The position numbers were made by a program, and so were the translations under genes. Shown here in pieces: positions 7,214-14,240 of a stretch of DNA of 24,827 nt. Every line of letters begins with the position of its first letter. The first letter of the stretch is position 1. The notes below the pieces were generated by a model. The model saw nothing but the letters and a program-made list of their open reading frames with translations, was not told the origin of the DNA and did not search any database. The DNA lies in NCBI GenBank assembly GCA_036446995.1, contig JAZFUC010000020.1:1-24827 (forward strand). The letters run 5' to 3'. The DNA is from Dehalococcoidales bacterium (lineage in GTDB: Bacteria; Chloroflexota; Dehalococcoidia; Dehalococcoidales; UBA2162).

Positions 7214-8413
7214 TTAATCTACTCTAATTCGTTCTTCAAAAGCGTTCCTGAAATGCTGCAGGCTGTCCATCACCGGGTTGGGGGCCGCCTGTCCCAGACC
7301 GCACAGCGAGGAGAGCGTCATCGCGCTGGATAATTGTTCCATGACCGTAATATCACTCTCTTCACCCTGACCGCGGGTAAACTTTTCCAGTATTGTGACC
7401 ATAGCGGCAGTGCCTTCACGGCAGGGAGAACACTTGCCGCAGCTTTCCTCGGCCAGGAATTCCATGGTGCGGTAGAGGATATCAACCACATCCCGGCTCC
7501 GGTTAAATACGGTAACTGCCCCGGCGCCGAGGATAGTCTCAAATGAAAGTTCCGTGTCCAGCATTGTCTCCGGCACGATTCTGCCGGTGGCCCCGCCAAT
7601 CTGGACCAGCTTAACATTTTCCCCGCCGGCCAGGTCCACCACCAGCTCTTTCAGGGTGCTGCCCAGCACAAGTTCATAGACGCCGGGCCTGGTTACATCC
7701 CCGCTGACGGAGAAGACCTTGGTGCCCTTGCTGCGCTCGGTGCCTTCCCGGCTGAACCATTCTCCGCCGTTCCGGATGATGGGGGGGATATTCATCAGCG
7801 TCTCTACATTGTTAATGATCGTCGGTTTGGCTCTCAGCCCCTGGGTCGGAGGGAACGGGGGGCGGGGACGCACTTCTCCCCGTTTTCCTTCTATAGAGTC
7901 CATCAGGGCTGATTCCTCACCACAGATATAAGCGCCGGCTCCTTCTCGGACCTCGATATTTATACCGGCCAGGAAACCCCTTTCCCCGGCTTGCTTAATA
8001 GCCTGATTCAGAAGGTCCAGCAGGTAATGGTATTCAGCTCTAAGGTAGATATAGCTCTGTTTGGCCCCGATGGTCAGGGCGGCGATAGCCAGTCCCTCAA
8101 CGAGACTGAACGGGTCATTCTCCAGCATATACCTGTCCTTGAATGTCCCTACCTCGCCTTCATCAGCGTTGCAGATGGCGTATTTTTCGTCACCCGGCGC
8201 CTGGTAGGCCATCTCCCATTTTACTCCGCAGGGGAAGCCGGCCCCTCCCCGCCCTCTCAGGCCGGAAGTTTTAAGTTCTTCAATTACCTGCTCCGGGGTT
8301 AGCTCGTCACGGACTTTCCGGAGGGCCTTGAAGCCATCCTGTTCCAGGTAGCTGTCAATATTCCCGGGATCGACAATTCCGCAGTTTTTTAATACTATCC
8401 GCTTTTCCGGCAA
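7214..8413 (-). CDS. NuoF/HydB-like FMN/NADH-binding subunit, short form
   Basis: SGLRGRGGAGFP, CNADEGE.GTFKDR, GAGAYICGEESAL, INNVETL, SLBB domain and ESCGKC.PCREG...SLCGLG [4Fe-4S] (C325, C328, C331, C371). 399 aa; TTG start with AGGAG RBS. Confidence 0.93.
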   Translation of the reverse strand: MPEKRIVLKNCGIVDPGNIDSYLEQDGFKALRKVRDELTPEQVIEELKTSGLRGRGGAGFPCGVKWEMAYQAPGDEKYAICNADEGEVGTFKDRYMLENDPFSLVEGLAIAALTIGAKQSYIYLRAEYHYLLDLLNQAIKQAGERGFLAGINIEVREGAGAYICGEESALMDSIEGKRGEVRPRPPFPPTQGLRAKPTIINNVETLMNIPPIIRNGGEWFSREGTERSKGTKVFSVSGDVTRPGVYELVLGSTLKELVVDLAGGENVKLVQIGGATGRIVPETMLDTELSFETILGAGAVTVFNRSRDVVDILYRTMEFLAEESCGKCSPCREGTAAMVTILEKFTRGQGEESDITVMEQLSSAMTLSSLCGLGQAAPNPVMDSLQHFRNAFEERIRVD

Positions 8414-8434
8414 CGATAATCTCCTGCCCTGTGG

Positions 8435-8866
8435 TTATTTGTACTCTTCAAGAATCTGTGATATTTTCCCGGGGGTCAGATTCCCGTGAACATCATCATT
8501 AATCAGCATTGCCGGTGCTTTATCACAGGCGCCGATGCAATTGGTCAGCTCAAACGAGAACCGCCGGTCGGCCGTGGTCTGGCCCGGTTTAATGCCGATT
8601 TCCTTTTCTATGCTTTCAGCCACCGATTCGTAGTTTTTCAGGTGACAGGGAAGACTTTTGCAAATTCTGATTATATTCCTGCCCTGCGGTCTGGTTGAAA
8701 GGAATGAATAAAAAGTGGCCACCCCGTACACGTCACTCCGGGACATATCCAGGGTTTCAGCCAGTTCTATCATCGTTTCTTCGGAGATATAGCCTTCTTC
8801 ATCCTGGGCTTCTTTTAACAGCACCAGCAGGTCTTCAGGAGTTTTGCCTTCAGCAATATTAGTCAT
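8435..8866 (-). CDS. NuoE/HydC-like [2Fe-2S] subunit
   Basis: LKEAQDEEGYIS, VYGVATFYS, ICKSLPCHLK and TNCIGACDKAPAMLIN (four Cys ligands); 143 aa. Confidence 0.93.
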   Translation of the reverse strand: MTNIAEGKTPEDLLVLLKEAQDEEGYISEETMIELAETLDMSRSDVYGVATFYSFLSTRPQGRNIIRICKSLPCHLKNYESVAESIEKEIGIKPGQTTADRRFSFELTNCIGACDKAPAMLINDDVHGNLTPGKISQILEEYK

Positions 8867-8888
8867 TTAATCTCTCTTAATAAGTATA

Positions 8889-9566
8889 CTATCCCTTGAT
8901 AATCAGGGGAGGCCCTTGCTTTTTCTCACCGATTGCTAGCGGTGTGGTCAGGGCGCCGGTGGGACAGACGGGAATACATTTTCCGCAGTCCCTGCAGACC
9001 TCTTTGTTCAGCATCTCGTCGAAATCAACCACTACCCTGGAATCAAAACCCCGGTAGGCGGTACCGAATACCCGTTGTCCAACTACCTCGTTACAGACCC
9101 GGATACAGCGGCGGCAGAGAATGCACTTGGTCATATCGCGGGTAACATAGGGGCTGACATCTTCGATTTGAGAATAGCGTTTCGCGGTCCGGAAGCGGGA
9201 CAGTCCCACATCCAGGTCGGCTGCTACCTTGCGCATTTCACAGATATTGGCTTTTTCACAGAGAAAGCAGGAACCGCAATGGCTGGCCTGGAGCAGTTCC
9301 ATTATCACTCTCCGTGTCTCGAGCACCTTGGGAGAGTGGGTACTGATGACCATCCCCTGGCCCACAGGAGTATGACAGGAGGCCGCCAGCAGTCTGGCGC
9401 CCTCCACCTCGACAACGCAGACCCGGCAGGCACCGGTGGGGGCCAGGCCCTTGATGTAGCACAGTGTGGGTATATCTATGCCCCGGTCCTGGGCTACCTC
9501 AAGGATGGTTTTGCCTGAATCGGCGGTTACTTCTTCGCCGTTTAATGTAAAAGTGACATCGCTCAT
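8889..9566 (-). CDS. Stand-alone NuoG/HydA/FdhA N-terminal Fe-S module, no catalytic domain
   Basis: [2Fe-2S] C36/47/50/64; His-ligated [4Fe-4S] H96/C100/C103/C109; two [4Fe-4S] from CILCRRCIRVC and CRDCGKCIPVCP. Stops at 225 aa (TAG), with an in-frame TAA four codons later. Confidence 0.9.
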   Translation of the reverse strand: MSDVTFTLNGEEVTADSGKTILEVAQDRGIDIPTLCYIKGLAPTGACRVCVVEVEGARLLAASCHTPVGQGMVISTHSPKVLETRRVIMELLQASHCGSCFLCEKANICEMRKVAADLDVGLSRFRTAKRYSQIEDVSPYVTRDMTKCILCRRCIRVCNEVVGQRVFGTAYRGFDSRVVVDFDEMLNKEVCRDCGKCIPVCPTGALTTPLAIGEKKQGPPLIIKG

Positions 9567-9600
9567 CGCTTGTAACTCCAGTCAGGAATGGTAATAGACA

Positions 9601-10479
9601 TTATATCTCCAGCCATGAATGGGAATAAAGAGATTCGCCGGTAAGGACATTGACTGTTTTTACGTACTCAACTTCTTTCTGGTTCAGTGAGGACATATCC
9701 GGTTTCTCTCCGTCCATCACCCGGTGGACCAGGTCAATAATTTCCGGCATTTCTCCCCTGGCCAGGCTGACCAGCTCCGGGTCGAAGGCATCGACGATAG
9801 CCGAATACAGCCCGTATCTCATCAGCATTATCAGGTAAGTCCGGTTTAATTGAGGCCTCAGATGAGCCGGAGTGCCATTGGAGATATTGGACAGTCCCAC
9901 CGTGGATTTGCAGCCGGGAGCGATGTCTCCCAGCATACTCATAAACTCAACGCAGGATTTCACCTGGTTGATTTCCACGGATACCGGACTGGCGATGGGG
10001 TCTATCCAGATATTCTCGGTGGGGATACCGGCCTCGTTCGCCTGGTAAATCAGGTCCACAGCCAGCATACACCTTTCATTAGCGTCCCGGGGCATTCCTT
10101 CTACACCCCAGAGCAGTCCGATCATATCGGCATTGTAATTGGCCGCCAGGGGAAGCCCCTTCTCAAGCCGGTCCGGCTGAAGGGAGATTGAATTTATTAA
10201 AGCCCGGCTTTTACAGACCTTCAGTCCGGCTTCCATAGCTATCGTATTGGTGGTATCCAGTGACAGCGGTTTATCGGTAACCTCCTGCACCGTATTGACC
10301 ACCCATTCCATCAGTTCATCCCCACCCCGGCGGGCCGGGCCGATGTTAATATCAAGATAATCCACCCCACCTTTAAGCTCGGCGAGGGCCATTTCCTGAA
10401 CGGGTTTGGGGTTTCGCTCCTTGAACGCCGGGCCGATGGTCCTGGACATTATATTGATACTCTCGCCAATGAGAATCAT
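9601..10479 (-). CDS. acsE: Methyl-THF:corrinoid Fe-S protein methyltransferase
   Basis: Pterin-binding barrel: MILIGESIN, YLDINIG, LSLDTTN, LINS, IWIDP, GLSNISNG and SAIVD; directly after acsC. Confidence 0.93.
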   Translation of the reverse strand: MILIGESINIMSRTIGPAFKERNPKPVQEMALAELKGGVDYLDINIGPARRGGDELMEWVVNTVQEVTDKPLSLDTTNTIAMEAGLKVCKSRALINSISLQPDRLEKGLPLAANYNADMIGLLWGVEGMPRDANERCMLAVDLIYQANEAGIPTENIWIDPIASPVSVEINQVKSCVEFMSMLGDIAPGCKSTVGLSNISNGTPAHLRPQLNRTYLIMLMRYGLYSAIVDAFDPELVSLARGEMPEIIDLVHRVMDGEKPDMSSLNQKEVEYVKTVNVLTGESLYSHSWLEI

Positions 10480-10489
10480 CTTTATCTCC

Positions 10490-11833
10490 TTAGGGTGTCC
10501 ATGATTTCAGATATGCCGGGATGAGGGAACCTTCCCGGGGGCCGATCTGAATCTCAAAGTCGGGTAATTCCTCTTCCAGCCCGCCGCTTTCGGCGGCGGC
10601 GTAGCCGGGTATAATCAGTTTGCGGTGCTTGATCTTGTCCGTAAGGCCGCTCTTTTTGACGAAGGGGCCGATTGCGTCAGCGACAAACTTGCCGGCCGCC
10701 CAGGCCGTCATAACCGAGAGCCCTTCCGTATCCATAACCAGCAGGTAAGTAGGGACCTTGCTGCTCTCTATCTCGCCGGAGACTATGAAGTAGGTGAGCG
10801 AGAAGTTACTGGTCAGCACCACCGGGGAATTTTCATCAGGATTGTTAATCTCGTATATGCCTTCGGCAGTTGCCAGGGGCCGCTGGGGATCGGTAAAGAT
10901 GTTCATTCTTTCTACCAGCAGAGGGAACAGCGCTTCTCCCTGGAAGTCCGACATTACGATGATACCGGCATATTTGGCGACAAACATTGAAGCGATGACC
11001 GCTTCTTTCATCGGGTCATCGGTCATCTCGGCGGGGAAAGTAATCGTCGGGTAGCCGAGGGGCTTGAACTTCTTAACCAGGGCGGAGCTTCTGATGCCTA
11101 GCTGGTCTTCAAAGGCCTGGCGAACGGTTCTGGCTCCTGAATCGATGACGATGTCTTCGACACCGGCCCCGGCCAGTTTACCGGTCAGGTCAGCGGCTTC
11201 CTCGAGTCCGGAGGCTTTTACGGCCACCGGGCATGAGTTTTCTTTGGCCAGACCGGCTACCGCATCAATATTGGCAGCCGTGGCCGCGTAAATAAGAGGT
11301 TTGCTTCCGGCGCAGGCTTTCAGGCCGGCAGCCAGGACGTCTGTGTTTTCACTCATCAGAATGATGGCGCAGTTAACTTGTTTGGCTTTGTTGACCAGCG
11401 CTTCGAATTTAGCGGCGTCCCCTGATTCCGATTTCAAGGCCACCAGTTCGGGGCGCAGGACAAGTCCCACCCTTTCGTACTGGAGCTCTTCAAATTTCTT
11501 CAGCCTGGCGCCGATTTCAGCATCGTCCATAGTATCGGATATAAGGATAGCAAAACCGGGGGGATTCTCGAACCTTTTTTCGTGACGGAACATCACCGTC
11601 TCGCCGCCCACTTTCAAAGCGGAATCGCCGGTGCCGATGACAACCTGCCTGATGGGCGGGGCAGAGGCTACCAGGAGTTGTTCCTTGGACTCTTCGGAGA
11701 CATAGGGGCAAGCGGTCAGTTCCGCTTTACCCGCCGCCAGGCTCATAGCGAAGGCGAGGCAGGTGGGCACACCGCACTCCTTGCAGTTTGTCTTGGGCAG
11801 TAACTTGAATATTGCTATCCCCGTAAGCGCCAT
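10490..11833 (-). CDS. acsC: Corrinoid Fe-S protein large subunit
   Basis: LPKTNCKECG.PTCLAFA...CPY, GGETVMFRHEK.F.NPP, IFTDPQRP, TSNFSLTY, GLSVMTAWAAGKF and IIPG. Confidence 0.97.
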   Translation of the reverse strand: MALTGIAIFKLLPKTNCKECGVPTCLAFAMSLAAGKAELTACPYVSEESKEQLLVASAPPIRQVVIGTGDSALKVGGETVMFRHEKRFENPPGFAILISDTMDDAEIGARLKKFEELQYERVGLVLRPELVALKSESGDAAKFEALVNKAKQVNCAIILMSENTDVLAAGLKACAGSKPLIYAATAANIDAVAGLAKENSCPVAVKASGLEEAADLTGKLAGAGVEDIVIDSGARTVRQAFEDQLGIRSSALVKKFKPLGYPTITFPAEMTDDPMKEAVIASMFVAKYAGIIVMSDFQGEALFPLLVERMNIFTDPQRPLATAEGIYEINNPDENSPVVLTSNFSLTYFIVSGEIESSKVPTYLLVMDTEGLSVMTAWAAGKFVADAIGPFVKKSGLTDKIKHRKLIIPGYAAAESGGLEEELPDFEIQIGPREGSLIPAYLKSWTP

Positions 11834-11946
11834 TTGTTAATCTCCCTTTTCAGGCTTTATTTACGGTAATGACGAGTCTTTTTCAACCGGGTAATTACCG
11901 CGCCGAGCCGTAAAGCCCCTCCCGGGTTTTATTCCCGTGATAAACC

Positions 11947-11976
11947 ATTATACCGGTGTGTTCAGTATCCTGTTAA
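11947..11976 (-). promoter_or_regulatory. Putative internal sigma70 promoter upstream of acsC (TTAACA-N18-TATAAT)
   Basis: Perfect TATAAT at 11947-11952 and TTAACA at 11971-11976 on the minus strand, inside the 159-nt acsB-acsC gap. Confidence 0.55.
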
Positions 11977-11992
11977 ATTCCGCTAAGTATTT

Positions 11993-14200
11993 CTATTCGA
12001 GAATCGGGTCCATTGTGAGAGCCGGGTGCCCCTTCTCTTCCAGGAAAGGCAGAATCTCTTCCTCGGTAACGCCTATCGTTTCATCGGCAATCATATCCAG
12101 CAGGTTGGGCACTCCCATTTCCGTTGCTCTTTCCGTAAAACGTTCGCCGATTTCTTCCTTGAGCATCTTGGGCATCCAGACCAGCCTGAGCAGGCCACCG
12201 TCTCCGGCGACGAACTTTCTCTGGCTGATGTTGTACTTGCCGTGTCCCACGAATCCGGGCGTACTCAGGCCGCCTCCGATGGTGCCTGCCAGGGTAGTAA
12301 ACTTCATTCCGGAGGGCGTCTCTGCAGTATACTCCCTGTTTACGGTCATAATGCCGTTACACAGGGGGAGAACAGCCGCGATACACTCACAGCAGCCGCA
12401 GGTGGTCATCGGGTCATTTATCAGACTGTAGAAGTTATAATGGTCAATCTTGCCCCGGGAGGTCTTGGTGACAAAATCGTTGACCCCTTTCCACTGACCC
12501 AGCTTGGCATCAATTACTTCACCTTTGGGTACCGGCTGGTTGGGTCCGGTGGGATTAATCTCAAAGGACGCTTTGCAGTCCATCCAGTTATAGGAGCCGC
12601 AGAGGCCGGTCCTTTCCGGGCTGATAACGCAGACATGGCTGGGGGCGAAGGACTGGCACAGGGTGCAGGAGTAGTAAGTGTCCGTAGTTTCATCCGTCAT
12701 ACCCTCAATGCGGACATCCCTGATTCCGTACACTGCTTTGGCTTGTTCAGCTATTTCTTCTACTTTTTCCAGCTCGGTATAGAGCTTTATCTGTACTTTA
12801 TCAAATATCCGTCCGAAATCCTGGTGGAATTTGGCATGGAGAACGGTGCCGATGTGACTAAGCTGGAATCCTTTTTCCACCGCCTGTTTGCTGACTCGTA
12901 TCCAGGCGATATCTCTCTGCCCGATGTGCATCACGCCCTGGATGTAGTTTACAAGGTGATGAATCTGCCGTTCCAGAATCGGTTCGTAGTCGTCCTGGAA
13001 GGCCCGTCCGGCCACCTCGACGGCTATAGCAAAAGGCAGTTTAGTGCCCGGCTCGATTTCAGACAGCTCCGGACCGATGACTTCAATCTTGCCGTCCTCG
13101 ACTTCATCCATCGGCTTGCTGGTAACCCATTCCACCATGGCCGTGCGGCCTCCGCCGCACTCCAGGTATATATCCTCCCCCCTGACTCTTTCACCCTCGA
13201 AGGCGGCTCCGAAGGCCACCGGGATTGGCACTTCCGCCACGGCTACTTTCAACCCCCTGACCTCCACGGCTTTGGCCACCAGCTGGTCGTGAGGGATATT
13301 GGAGACGACATGCTCGTAGGTGCAGATTCCGGTGGGCAGTATCTCCGGAATCGGGGTATCGGCAATGACGGGGAAGCCCCAGTTAATGGCTCCGGCGGCA
13401 TTGGCGTACCATTCGTCGGTTACATAGCCCATCGGCAGAACGAAGGCGAATACGCGGTCTTTGTTATAGATCAGGATTTTTCTGAAATCGCCGGGTTCGA
13501 TTCCGCCGAAGGACATGGCCGCCCTGGTGGCGAAACCCATGGCGAATACGGTAGCCGATACGTCCGGGCCGAACGATACCAGGCGGGTCGGCCAGCCTAT
13601 CTGGACTCCCGCTTCGATAAGCTGTTCGGAAAACCTCTTGCCGTTATAATCAGCGGATATGAAGACATAGAGGTTTTTCTGCTGGAGTTCCTGGGCTATC
13701 TGGGCGGCTATCTCCGGAGAAGGGGCCGCGCCCAGGATAGCGGCGAATCCGGGGGCCGTGCCGTCAACGAACTCAATGCCCCTCTTGCGGAGGATAACGT
13801 CATCGGCGGCGCCCAGCCAGATATTTTCTTCTGTTATATCTTCAGTCTTGGTATAGAAATTTGGTTCTTCCAGGTATCTTATCGCTTCGGTGACTTCCTC
13901 GGCGAAAAGGGTAGCCATACCAGCGTCAAGGGCCGGTGCCAGGTAAGGCAGAGGATGTATTTCCTTTACCATTGGCGGCAGTAGCGCTTTGCATTTTTTC
14001 AGCACCGATTCCATATCGCCGAGTTTTTCCACCTTGGTGCCCAGTATTCCATAAATTACCGGCAGATAATAGGCGGTATTGGGAAAGCCGACCGGTTCGT
14101 TGGCCCCGTACTTGTCCATTGTCTGCTGCCATTTCTGGTCGGCTTCATTCACTATCTTGTGGGCGCCTCTGATTGCTGCCGATGCAATTATCTTTGACAT
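11993..14200 (-). CDS. acsB: Acetyl-CoA synthase, bacterial type with N-terminal domain
   Basis: FPNTAYYLP, TAPGFA, A-cluster ligands YSCTLCQSFAPSHVC...PERTGLCG and DPMTTCGC, HIGQRD; 735 aa. Confidence 0.98.
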   Translation of the reverse strand: MSKIIASAAIRGAHKIVNEADQKWQQTMDKYGANEPVGFPNTAYYLPVIYGILGTKVEKLGDMESVLKKCKALLPPMVKEIHPLPYLAPALDAGMATLFAEEVTEAIRYLEEPNFYTKTEDITEENIWLGAADDVILRKRGIEFVDGTAPGFAAILGAAPSPEIAAQIAQELQQKNLYVFISADYNGKRFSEQLIEAGVQIGWPTRLVSFGPDVSATVFAMGFATRAAMSFGGIEPGDFRKILIYNKDRVFAFVLPMGYVTDEWYANAAGAINWGFPVIADTPIPEILPTGICTYEHVVSNIPHDQLVAKAVEVRGLKVAVAEVPIPVAFGAAFEGERVRGEDIYLECGGGRTAMVEWVTSKPMDEVEDGKIEVIGPELSEIEPGTKLPFAIAVEVAGRAFQDDYEPILERQIHHLVNYIQGVMHIGQRDIAWIRVSKQAVEKGFQLSHIGTVLHAKFHQDFGRIFDKVQIKLYTELEKVEEIAEQAKAVYGIRDVRIEGMTDETTDTYYSCTLCQSFAPSHVCVISPERTGLCGSYNWMDCKASFEINPTGPNQPVPKGEVIDAKLGQWKGVNDFVTKTSRGKIDHYNFYSLINDPMTTCGCCECIAAVLPLCNGIMTVNREYTAETPSGMKFTTLAGTIGGGLSTPGFVGHGKYNISQRKFVAGDGGLLRLVWMPKMLKEEIGERFTERATEMGVPNLLDMIADETIGVTEEEILPFLEEKGHPALTMDPILE

Positions 14201-14240
14201 ATCTCTTCACTCCTCCCTGCGCTGCCAGGCTAAATAATGT

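Noticed and set aside
8877-8891. Stop-codon readthrough (Sec/Pyl) or a frameshift extending the NuoG-like gene into a catalytic domain
   Set aside because: An in-frame TAA follows four codons after the TAG, and the next gene is an intact nuoE-like ORF. No in-frame TGA/TAG recoding is needed for any gene here.
7214-9566. Calling the three genes an [FeFe]-hydrogenase (hydABC) or respiratory complex I
   Set aside because: There are no H-cluster motifs, maturases, NuoBCD or membrane subunits in the window.
11834-11942. SAM-I riboswitch resemblance in the acsC leader (begins TTTATCAC, ends CTGAAAAGGGAGATTAA)
   Set aside because: The conserved core (AUCxAGAG, GCAACC, GUGC.AA) is missing and P1 pairing is imperfect. 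It also lacks cobalamin and c-di-GMP riboswitch signatures. Kept only as an unclassified structured leader.
12026-13984. 652-aa plus-strand ORF antisense to acsB
   Set aside because: It is exactly codon-aligned with acsB, so it stays open simply because acsB avoids TTA/CTA/TCA codons over this stretch. The translation has no recognisable motifs. It is a shadow ORF reflecting codon bias.
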